Below the pieces are notes generated by a model that saw only the letters and a list, made by a program, of their open reading frames with translations, was not told where the DNA came from and searched no databases. From positions 967 through 64,966 of the forward strand of contig NZ_DATFKB010000024.1 in the NCBI RefSeq assembly GCF_035268865.1: a stretch of 64,000 nucleotides of DNA. The letters are read 5' to 3'. Position numbers and translations under genes: made by a program. The DNA comes from Salinivirga sp. Its GTDB lineage: Bacteria > Bacteroidota > Bacteroidia > Bacteroidales > Salinivirgaceae. Shown piece after piece: positions 11,028-19,573 of this stretch (its first letter is position 1; every line of letters begins with the position of its first letter).

Positions 11028-12128
11028 ATGAATTTTAAGACTGATTATTCTGCTGAAAATCTTGTACTGGTTGTAAATCCAAGAGTCCCCTTTACAAAAA
11101 TCGGGGTCTACAATAATAGTAAGCTTGTTTTTTTAAAGAAAATAAGCCACAACGACGCAGATCTGGCGGAGTTTACAAAATATGAAGATCAGACAAACTA
11201 CCGCAAGGAGGCTATAATTAAAGAACTCAGAGAGAATGATGTGGATGTGGATAAAATTCGCATAGTAATTAGTCGTGGAGGCCTTATAAAACCGGTTAAA
11301 TCGGGTATTTATGCTGTAGATAAAAAAGTGAAAGATGATTTGTACAATTCTGTGCAGGGATCAGATATAGTGAATCTTGGCGGGTTGATCTCTGATGCCA
11401 TTGCATCTGAACTCCCCGATTCGAAGGCGGTTATTGCCGATCCTGTGGTGGTAGATGAGTATGATGATGTTGCCAGGGTAACAGGTTTACCCGAAATTGA
11501 GAGAAGATCTATTTTTCATGCACTTAATCAAAAACAGGCCGCATGCCGTTATTCCAAATCTATCCATAAAGCGTGTGAAGACCTGAATTTAATTATTGCC
11601 CACCTGGGAACTGGCATTACAGTAGGTGCGCACAACAAAGGACGCGTGATCGATGCCAATATGGGTTACGATGGCGATGGCCCCTTTTCACCCATACGTG
11701 CAGGAAGCCTGCCCACCGGTGACTTAATTAAACTATGCTATAGTGGTAAATATACCGAAGAGGAGATGCTTAAAAGAGTTAGCCTTGAAGGAGGTCTTTT
11801 TGCGCATTTTGGTACACCAAGCGGAATCGACGTGGACAAAATGGTGAAGCAGGGCGATAAGCAGGCAGAACTGGTGTTTAGTGCCATGGGTTATCAGGTG
11901 GCTAAAACTATCGGTTCAATGTATGCCGTGCTTTACGGACAGGTTGATGCCATTATTCTTACCGGTCCAATGGCCAATAGTGAATGGTTGGTGAAAAAAA
12001 TTGTGGACCGGGTAGAGCACTTCGGTAAAATTGTAGTGTATCCGGGTTCCGATGATATTGAAACACTTGCTATGAAAGGTGTTGGTGTAATCAATGGCGA
12101 AGAAGAAGTAAAAAAATATCAGGGCTAG
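11028..12128 (+). CDS. buk: Butyrate kinase family protein with divergent active-site motifs
   Basis: SRGG, IADPVVVDE, SIFHALNQK and GPFSP.RAG are kept. INPGSTSTK is replaced by VNPRVPFTK. Confidence 0.8.
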   Translation: MNFKTDYSAENLVLVVNPRVPFTKIGVYNNSKLVFLKKISHNDADLAEFTKYEDQTNYRKEAIIKELRENDVDVDKIRIVISRGGLIKPVKSGIYAVDKKVKDDLYNSVQGSDIVNLGGLISDAIASELPDSKAVIADPVVVDEYDDVARVTGLPEIERRSIFHALNQKQAACRYSKSIHKACEDLNLIIAHLGTGITVGAHNKGRVIDANMGYDGDGPFSPIRAGSLPTGDLIKLCYSGKYTEEEMLKRVSLEGGLFAHFGTPSGIDVDKMVKQGDKQAELVFSAMGYQVAKTIGSMYAVLYGQVDAIILTGPMANSEWLVKKIVDRVEHFGKIVVYPGSDDIETLAMKGVGVINGEEEVKKYQG

Positions 12129-12184
12129 TGTATTGTAGATCGCAATTGTGGGATAATTGATCACGAGCAGTATTCTTCAGTAAA

Positions 12185-12315
12185 CCATTGAGTAATTTAT
12201 GTGTTTGGATGTTGGAATCGAATTTAGCAGGCCATTGAGTAGCATGTGGGTTTGAAAGTGGGAATCGACTTTAGTGGGCCATTGAGTGGCATGTGGGTTT
12301 GAAAGTGGGAATCGA
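12185..12315. repeat. 47-bp tandem repeat, ~2.8 copies
   Basis: CCATTGAGT...GGAATCGA units start at 12185, 12232 and 12279. Confidence 0.85.
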
Positions 12316-12443
12316 AATGGCTGTTGTAAAACCTAACATCATTGACCCGCATCACAGTCCGGAAGGTCGTTTTAATATGTGCCGGGTATATTCTGGGCCT
12401 GGTGGATCGTCAATCATATATTTTGGATTTCTGGAAAAAGTTG

Positions 12444-12935
12444 TCAGCCATTCCCTTTCTCAATAATGTCTTTAATATACCGGTCGGGTACCTGGATTGT
12501 AACTACTTCTCCTGTGGCTGTGACTTCGTCTTTGGCCAATACACGTACATCAACAATTACTTTTTTACCTTTTATTTCACGTATGGTACCCCGTAGTTCC
12601 AATATGGTATTGATGGGGGTGGGTTTGATGTATTTAACGTTAAGCATTCCGGTAAGGAATCGGAAAGAAGGTTCGCTGTCCATAGGCCGGTTTTCTTTAC
12701 GATACATTGCTGCTGATGCTGATCCGGTTCCATGGCAATCGATTATTGAAGCCAGCAACCCACCGTAAACATATCCGGGAATGGCAGTTTGATAAGGTCT
12801 TGGTTTATATCGGGTTACTGTTTCATCACCATCCCAATAGGTTTTGATCTGGTATCCGTGCTCGTTCATCGTTCCACAGCCATAGCAATGGCTGAGATGG
12901 TCTGGGTAATATTCCTGAAAGGCTTTTGTTTCCAT
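12444..12935 (-). CDS. PaaI/hotdog-fold acyl-CoA thioesterase
   Basis: CYGCG, G.VYGGLLASIIDCH, FLTG.L.V.Y.KPTP; likely start METK at 12935. Confidence 0.8.
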   Translation of the reverse strand: METKAFQEYYPDHLSHCYGCGTMNEHGYQIKTYWDGDETVTRYKPRPYQTAIPGYVYGGLLASIIDCHGTGSASAAMYRKENRPMDSEPSFRFLTGMLNVKYIKPTPINTILELRGTIREIKGKKVIVDVRVLAKDEVTATGEVVTIQVPDRYIKDIIEKGNG

Positions 12936-12993
12936 AATATTGATTTTTATTTGATTACATAACAGGTTAGCGAGCTTTTCGTTTAAAATATAT

Positions 12994-13022
12994 AAAAAGG
13001 GGCTGCTTTTCAGCAACCCCCC
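12994..13022 (-). terminator. Intrinsic terminator after pckA
   Basis: GGGGTTGCTG-AAAAGCAGCCCC-TTTTT on the minus strand. Confidence 0.65.
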
Positions 13023-13043
13023 TGTGCTCAGTTTATTTGCTTT

Positions 13044-14690
13044 TTATTTTCCGGGACAGGATTTTATAATACCGTCACTTAAACCATGTGAGCCATAGGC
13101 TTTGTCAAAATGCTCAGAGAATTTTTGAGCAAGTTTTGCTGCTGTGGCGTCATAGTCGGCCTTGTCTGCCCATGTATTTTTTGGTATCAGCATTTCATCG
13201 GGTACATTAGATACCGACTTTGGCACGTTTACGTGGAATATATCGTTTTTCACATATTCGGCTTTCTCCAGTTCCCCATTAAGTGCGGCATCTACCATTG
13301 CACGGGTATACTTAAGTTTGATACGTGCTCCTACACCATATTTACCACCGCTCCAGCCGGTATTGATCAGGTAAACTTTGGTGTTGTACTTTTTCATTTT
13401 TTCGCCCAGCTGCTCAGCATACACACTGGGTTTACCCGGCATAAATGGTTGTCCGAAAAAACGGCTGAATGTAGCTTGTGGCTCAGTAACCCCGGTTTCT
13501 GTTCCGGCCAGTTTGCTGGTATATCCCATCAGGAACCAAAGCATAGCCTGGTCAGCATTGAGTTGCGATACAGGAGGTAATACTCCGTAGGCATCGGCTG
13601 TAAGGAAAAGAATTGTTTTCGGGTGGCCGGAGGTAGAGGCCGGTTTAATGTTAGACAAATATTTAAGTGGGTAAGATGCACGGCTGTTTGGTGTGTAACG
13701 ATCGTCGAAATAGTCTACAGTGCCATCGGGGTAAACCATCGCATTTTCTACTATTGAACCATGGTTTAACGGATCATCTTCGTGCATAACAGCTTTCCAG
13801 ATTTCCGGCTCGTTTTCTTCTTTGATATCGATCATTTTTGCATAACAACCATTTTCAAAGTTTGCAATGCCATCTTCGCTCCATCCGTGTTCGTCATCAC
13901 CAAGTAATGCGCGTTTGGGATCTGCCGAAAGGGTCGTTTTGCCTGTTCCTGATAGCCCGAGCAACAATGCGGAACTTCCGTCTGTTCCTTCATTTGCACT
14001 ACAGTGCAGTGGCAAAATACCTTCGAGTGGCAAATAGTAGTTCATTACGGTAAACATGAGTTTTTTGATGCTGCCCATGTAAGCTGAACCGAATACAATA
14101 CCAACTCTGCGGTCGAAATCCATGGCTACACACATGTTTGATGTAGTACCGTCTGGCATTTCACGTAAACGTCCTTTATAACGATCGGGGTTTAGTTTGT
14201 TGTCTGGAAGTGCCAAAAGGGTAAATCCGCGTTCAGCAAAAATACTTTTTTCGATATCTTCAGGCATATCGCGGAACATATTGTCTACAAATACTTGCGA
14301 AAGAGATTTGTTGACAACAGTTTTTACGGGAAGTGCATATTTCGAATCTGCTCCAATAACACGGTCAGTTACATAAACTTTACCCTTGTTCAGCGTCTCT
14401 AAAGCATCCTCAAATACCATTTCAAACGTTTGCGGGTCGAGTGGAACATTATTGGGCGAGGTCCAGTCGATCGTGTCAGCCGTAGCTTCGTGTTTTACAA
14501 TGTAAGTGTCTTTGGGGCTTCTTCCGGTCGATTCCGGGCGTGTCCAGGTTGCGAGTGCCCCACCTTTCATGGTGATGGCTTCTTTCCGGTCTAAAGACTG
14601 CTGGATTAGAGATTTACGTTCTGGATTAGATTCAACCGACTGGTGACGTTTTAGCATTTCCTCCAGTTGGTTTTGAAAAGTTGTACTCAT
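13044..14690 (-). CDS. pckA: Phosphoenolpyruvate carboxykinase (ATP)
   Basis: TGRSPKD, HCSAN, GLSGTGKTTLS, GDDEHGW, FE.GCYAK, NTGW.GG. Confidence 0.95.
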   Translation of the reverse strand: MSTTFQNQLEEMLKRHQSVESNPERKSLIQQSLDRKEAITMKGGALATWTRPESTGRSPKDTYIVKHEATADTIDWTSPNNVPLDPQTFEMVFEDALETLNKGKVYVTDRVIGADSKYALPVKTVVNKSLSQVFVDNMFRDMPEDIEKSIFAERGFTLLALPDNKLNPDRYKGRLREMPDGTTSNMCVAMDFDRRVGIVFGSAYMGSIKKLMFTVMNYYLPLEGILPLHCSANEGTDGSSALLLGLSGTGKTTLSADPKRALLGDDEHGWSEDGIANFENGCYAKMIDIKEENEPEIWKAVMHEDDPLNHGSIVENAMVYPDGTVDYFDDRYTPNSRASYPLKYLSNIKPASTSGHPKTILFLTADAYGVLPPVSQLNADQAMLWFLMGYTSKLAGTETGVTEPQATFSRFFGQPFMPGKPSVYAEQLGEKMKKYNTKVYLINTGWSGGKYGVGARIKLKYTRAMVDAALNGELEKAEYVKNDIFHVNVPKSVSNVPDEMLIPKNTWADKADYDATAAKLAQKFSEHFDKAYGSHGLSDGIIKSCPGK

Positions 14691-14863
14691 AACAGCTTAT
14701 TTTGATTACAATATTATTTTGATGTAGTTACAAAAATAGATATTTCGATATAATATGTGTTCTTCTTACCGGTTTTTTTTGTTTTCCGTTGAATTTAATA
14801 TGTATCCTTAACATCTGAATACTGTTTATGTTTTATTCATTTTTTTGATCGTGGCCCATTGCT

Positions 14864-15469
14864 TTATGCCATTTCAAGAAACAGTGAAACTATTACAGGA
14901 ACCAGAATTGTGAGCACAGTGCCATGAAAAACAGAGATAATTGCATATTCTTTACCCACATATCTTGTAATGACAGGCAGGGTGGTATCCATAGAAGTAG
15001 CACCAGCAGAGTTTACAGGAGCAAGTTTACCTGCTTTTTTTGCTAAAATTGGTGTGAGAATGAGGGTAATGATTTCGCGAATTACATTTGCTATGAGGGC
15101 AATCACGGCCAGGGTTTCTGTGCGCATTTCAGCTATAATGATGCTTGATAAACTATAATAACCATATCCTGCGCCTATGGCCTGTAGGTCTGTAAAACTA
15201 ATTTCTGCTAAAAATGGCATGATGAGGATCATGCCCAGAAAAGTGCCGACTATGGTTGCCAGGGGAACCAATAATATTTTAAGTTTAACTTGTTTAATGA
15301 CTTTAAATGCACTGGAATCTGCCCCAATACTTATACCTACCAAAAACATGAGTAAATATAAAGCGTATACCGAATAATCGTTTTTTAATAAATGACCGGG
15401 CAATAGCCCCTGCCAGCTCAGTAGTAAACCCAGCGTAAAAAACAGTAATATGTAAATTGTGGCCCGCAT
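14864..15469 (-). CDS. LysO/YbjE (DUF340) lysine exporter, large part
   Basis: GYGYYSLSSI, GATSMDTTLP, multiple TM helices. Confidence 0.85.
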   Translation of the reverse strand: MRATIYILLFFTLGLLLSWQGLLPGHLLKNDYSVYALYLLMFLVGISIGADSSAFKVIKQVKLKILLVPLATIVGTFLGMILIMPFLAEISFTDLQAIGAGYGYYSLSSIIIAEMRTETLAVIALIANVIREIITLILTPILAKKAGKLAPVNSAGATSMDTTLPVITRYVGKEYAIISVFHGTVLTILVPVIVSLFLEMA

Positions 15470-15472
15470 ATT

Positions 15473-15748
15473 TCAGTATTTTTTACGAAAAAAGAAATAA
15501 TATACCACACTTCCAGCTACTACCGAACCTGCAATTCCCACTACAGCAATGAGCAGGGCCTGGGCTCCAAGCACTGGTAGTTTTTGGATGATTGTTGGAT
15601 TACTACCTATGGCCACACCCATCAAAAACAGCAGTCCAAAAACTGCAAGCATGATCAATTTGTCATTAATCATCACTATTTTGGGCTGTTTTCGCAAAAA
15701 ATAGCCCAGCAAGGCGCCTGCTGTCATAATTACCAATACTGCAACCAT
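15473..15748 (-). CDS. LysO family transporter, small N-terminal part
   Basis: Three TM helices, LLFLMG..IG motif, directly adjacent to the larger LysO part. Confidence 0.75.
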   Translation of the reverse strand: MVAVLVIMTAGALLGYFLRKQPKIVMINDKLIMLAVFGLLFLMGVAIGSNPTIIQKLPVLGAQALLIAVVGIAGSVVAGSVVYYFFFRKKY

Positions 15749-15760
15749 TGTATTATTTTT

Positions 15761-16666
15761 TTACCACAGTTTCTCGGGATAAATATTTTGTGCAATCATT
15801 TCCTGTATGCGTTGTATGGTGGCCTCTTTATCGGCCTTATAGGTTACTCCAAACCATTGGGCTGTGGTATCAAGTACTTTAACAGTAGCTTTTTGCTGCT
15901 CAATGAGGTTGGTAACGGTGGCCGGTATGTAAAATTCCGATTTGAGTTCGTTTCCTTCAGCTTTAAGAAAACGAATAAAATCCTCACCGGATTGTTTGAA
16001 ATAGTGCTGCGAGAATCCCCAGAAGTTCATAGATACCTGGGCATCCTGCGGAACTTCACCGCCGTCTTTTTCCGATGTTATTTTGTCATTTTTCCATCCA
16101 ATGGCTTCACGTTCTGTAACATTTATGAGGTGTCGTTTTTCGTCTACTTTGCATACGCCTCGATTTACAGTGCCATGTTCCGATAGTGTATTTGTTACAG
16201 GGTAACCTACCATACTGTATTCGGTGCTATCGCTTTCAAGTTTCTCCAGGTATTGTGCCATCACCTTAAAAGCATCGGCTCCATAAAAATCATCGGCATT
16301 AATTACGGCAAAAGGTTCATTTACAGCGTTTCTTGCTGCCCATACGGCATGATTTGTTCCCCAGGGCTTTGTGCGGCCTTCCGGTACTTTAAAGCCCTCC
16401 GGTAAATCGCTGAGTTCCTGAAAAACATAGTCTGTGGCAATTTTATCTGAAATTTTGTGAATGAATCGTGCTTTAAATGCCTCTTCGAAATCTTTTCTGA
16501 TAACGAATACCACTTTTCCAAAACCGGCTCTTAATGCATCGTAAACCGAATAATCCATAATGGTTTCACCATTGGGGCCCATTTGGTCGAGTTGTTTTAA
16601 TCCGCCGTAGCGACTGCCCATTCCGGCTGCCAGAATAATGAGTGTGGGTTTCTTCTTTTGTTGCAT
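15761..16666 (-). CDS. Sugar-phosphate nucleotidyltransferase family protein
   Basis: LAAGMGSRYGGLKQ, KPWGT.HA, INADDFYG. Confidence 0.85.
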   Translation of the reverse strand: MQQKKKPTLIILAAGMGSRYGGLKQLDQMGPNGETIMDYSVYDALRAGFGKVVFVIRKDFEEAFKARFIHKISDKIATDYVFQELSDLPEGFKVPEGRTKPWGTNHAVWAARNAVNEPFAVINADDFYGADAFKVMAQYLEKLESDSTEYSMVGYPVTNTLSEHGTVNRGVCKVDEKRHLINVTEREAIGWKNDKITSEKDGGEVPQDAQVSMNFWGFSQHYFKQSGEDFIRFLKAEGNELKSEFYIPATVTNLIEQQKATVKVLDTTAQWFGVTYKADKEATIQRIQEMIAQNIYPEKLW

Positions 16667-16881
16667 GGTTAATATGAATTGTTTATGCTTAGGTGCAAAA
16701 GTATAGAAAAACCTGAGATTGCAGGAAAATATTATTAAAAGCTTAAATTAATTAATTGTATTGAAATTCGAATGAGCTGAAAATACCTCCTGGTATAATT
16801 CATGAAAATTGTTTGTTTTTTCTTAACTTTGATACTAACCATACTTCAAAAATCAACTAAATACCATAAAAAAATAAACAT

Positions 16882-18639
16882 ATGAATAAACCCATTACCT
16901 ATTTTCCTGCTATTGCGGCAGTTACAATTATTGCAGGAGCAATGGCATATTGGGTGGTTGTTAACAACAATCAAAAGTCAGCACAAAACGACAAAGAGCT
17001 GTTAAAAAGGGCCCGTACTAACTATAAGTCAGTTATAAATGGGATTAATAAATCAGCCGATTTGTTTTACAGGCAGGTAGTGAACCAACCGGAGGTATTG
17101 CAAATAATGGAAAAGGCAGCCAGTGTTTATGGGGATGACCGTGATGCATACAGAGGACAATTGTACCAGAAATTATTGCGTCATTATGAAGATTTAAAAG
17201 AGATTGGGTTTCGCCAGTTGCATTTTCATTTGCCCAACGGGACGAGTTTTCTCCGTTTTCACCGGCCCTCAAAATTTGGCGATAACTTAAAACCTTTTCG
17301 TTATTCTGTAAAAAGAACAAACGAAACGCTTGAGCCAACCTCAGGTTTCGAAGAAGGCAGGATTTTCAATGGTTACAGATTTGTATATCCACTGCTGAAA
17401 GGAGAAAAACATATTGGTAGCGTTGAGGTGAGTTCTTCTTTTTTGCAGGTTAGTCAGGACCTGAAAAACCTGGAAAAATCCTATTCAAATGTAATATTAA
17501 AGAAGTCGGTTACAGAGAGCAAGCTTTTTGATGATGAAAGAAAGAATTATAAAGTTTTCGACCTGCAGCAAAGCTACGTTTGGGATAGAAATATTATTGA
17601 GACAACTGATGGTAAAGTTGATTTTGAGTTTTTGCGCAATCTCATTGCTCAGGCTCCGGATCAGGCTTTAAAGGCCATCAATAAAAATTTCGCAAGTCTG
17701 ACCAACATTAAGCTTGAAGATCAGAATTTTGCGTTTATTGTTTTACCAGTACCCAATATTCAGGGTACACATGTTGCCAGCTTGCTGATAGCTTATTCAA
17801 ATTGCTATGCAACGCAATTGAAAGAGGAACTTAAGGTCAGACTGGCCATTCTAATTTTTCTCTATTTGCTCATTATGTTCGCTTTTATAGTTATTATAAG
17901 GCGCGACAGACGCATTTTAAAAACTACCAGGAAGCTTCAAAAATCGCAGCTTGATCTTGCCGAGGCTGATGAGGTGAAGGCCAAACTTTTTGAAATTATT
18001 ACACACGATATGCGTAACCATTTCAGCGCAGTAAATGGTTTTTCAGACCTGTTGAACCGCAAGTTTTACGGCAACCAACCCCAAATGGATAAGTTGCTTA
18101 ATGGTCTTAAAGATTCTATCCATCTTACAAACAGCCTGATGAATAATTTATTTGTATGGTCGAGAATTCAAATAGGTAAAATCGATTATAAACCCGAGTT
18201 ATTTGAGGCTACGAAATGGGCAGGTAAACTTATAGATAATTATGCAACTATAATGGAACGCAAGCAGGTGAAGCTTGTAAATGAAACCCGTGGTCCGGTT
18301 TATATTTATGGGGATAAAGATATGATAGCATATATAATCAATAATATTTTGCATAACGCCATTAAATACTCCGGAAAAGGATCTGAAATTAAGGTAATTA
18401 TTACCGATGATACTAAAAAAAGTGTGATTGTGGTGCAAGACCAGGGAAAAGGGATGACACAGCAAAAGGTTGAGCAAATTATGAGCAAAGAGAACTGGAG
18501 TGGAAGCAAGGAGGGGAATGATATTGGCCTTGGCTTACTTATTACCCGGCGCCTAATCAATTACCATGAAGGAGCAATAAATATTGAAAGCGAAGCCGGC
18601 GTTGGCACTACGGTCACTGTAACGATTCCCAAAAAATAG
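16882..18639 (+). CDS. Orphan sensor histidine kinase with Cache-type periplasmic domain
   Basis: Two TM helices, FLRFHRP..FGD/GFEEG Cache motif, H-box THDMRN, NAIKYS, DQGKGM, GLGL. Confidence 0.85.
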   Translation: MNKPITYFPAIAAVTIIAGAMAYWVVVNNNQKSAQNDKELLKRARTNYKSVINGINKSADLFYRQVVNQPEVLQIMEKAASVYGDDRDAYRGQLYQKLLRHYEDLKEIGFRQLHFHLPNGTSFLRFHRPSKFGDNLKPFRYSVKRTNETLEPTSGFEEGRIFNGYRFVYPLLKGEKHIGSVEVSSSFLQVSQDLKNLEKSYSNVILKKSVTESKLFDDERKNYKVFDLQQSYVWDRNIIETTDGKVDFEFLRNLIAQAPDQALKAINKNFASLTNIKLEDQNFAFIVLPVPNIQGTHVASLLIAYSNCYATQLKEELKVRLAILIFLYLLIMFAFIVIIRRDRRILKTTRKLQKSQLDLAEADEVKAKLFEIITHDMRNHFSAVNGFSDLLNRKFYGNQPQMDKLLNGLKDSIHLTNSLMNNLFVWSRIQIGKIDYKPELFEATKWAGKLIDNYATIMERKQVKLVNETRGPVYIYGDKDMIAYIINNILHNAIKYSGKGSEIKVIITDDTKKSVIVVQDQGKGMTQQKVEQIMSKENWSGSKEGNDIGLGLLITRRLINYHEGAINIESEAGVGTTVTVTIPKK

Positions 18640-18667
18640 GCAAGCTCCCAAAAATTTGGAAGCTTGC
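18640..18667. terminator. Hairpin between convergent genes
   Basis: GCAAGCTCCCAAA-AA-TTTGGAAGCTTGC. Confidence 0.55.
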
Positions 18668-18688
18668 TCAATTCCATTGTAAGTAAGT

Positions 18689-19570
18689 TTAGTAATGGTA
18701 TCCGGATTGCCTTATTGCGGCGGTATCCCAAATGGCTTGTGCGCTTTTTACTGATGCTGTCATAAAAAATCCAAATACATTCGTTCCTTCCAAATTATGC
18801 TCTACATTCGATGGTGGGCCGCTGAAGAGCGGTGCAGAATAGTTGGCCTCTTCCTGCGCTCTTAAAATAAACTCATAAAGTGGTTCTGTGAGCGCATAAA
18901 TCTTCAGTGTAACAGTATCATTTGGATATAAACGCTCATCAGTATCTTCTTCGTTTAAAAAATACGATTCCAGGCCATTTATGTACTCACCATTGAAAAA
19001 TACATCGTCTGTTACAAAAATTTCGTAGAGTGTATCTGTGACGAGCGTATCGTTTACAAATGCTTTGAACATGTAAAAGTTTTCTTCATCGCCTGGTTCA
19101 TTGGCATAGGCCCTTATTGCCCAGGCTTCCCAGGGATCAATCCATTCCAGCTGAATGCTATCGAGCGGTTCTACATGTGGTACAGAATCGCTTGCAGTAA
19201 TGGGGTCGAAATTTCCGTCGTTATCGGTATCTACACTGTCAATGAATAAATAGTACCGCTGGCCTTCTACTGCATGAAAATTTTCAGGTGTATAGTACTC
19301 GCCGGGTTCTTCTTCGGTCAATATAATTTCCTGATTGTTACCTGTTATTTTTACACTTGCACCTGTTATCTTTTGCGGTTCCTGGTCATTGTATAATGAT
19401 TTAGACCAGCTTAGTTTGATTACATGTGCCGTGGTGTCGGTGGTTATCATTCCCTCCACTACAGCGTGAGGGGGAAAGTCTTTACCCAGTTCAGAATCCA
19501 GTTCAATGCGTTCTGTGCATGAGAACGCGAGTAAGGTGCTGAGTATAATTAGAAATATGATTTGTTTCAT
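18689..19570 (-). CDS. DUF4249-like lipoprotein
   Basis: Lipobox FSC, VVEG.IT, N...N..GFF; directly downstream of a TonB receptor. Confidence 0.75.
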   Translation of the reverse strand: MKQIIFLIILSTLLAFSCTERIELDSELGKDFPPHAVVEGMITTDTTAHVIKLSWSKSLYNDQEPQKITGASVKITGNNQEIILTEEEPGEYYTPENFHAVEGQRYYLFIDSVDTDNDGNFDPITASDSVPHVEPLDSIQLEWIDPWEAWAIRAYANEPGDEENFYMFKAFVNDTLVTDTLYEIFVTDDVFFNGEYINGLESYFLNEEDTDERLYPNDTVTLKIYALTEPLYEFILRAQEEANYSAPLFSGPPSNVEHNLEGTNVFGFFMTASVKSAQAIWDTAAIRQSGYHY

Positions 19571-19573
19571 GAC

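Noticed and set aside
12185-12315. 47-bp repeat as a mini-CRISPR
   Set aside because: The units are contiguous, with no unique spacers.
14864-15748. Split LysO as a pseudogene
   Set aside because: Both parts have their own start and stop, 3 bp apart, and two-gene LysO is common in Bacteroidota.
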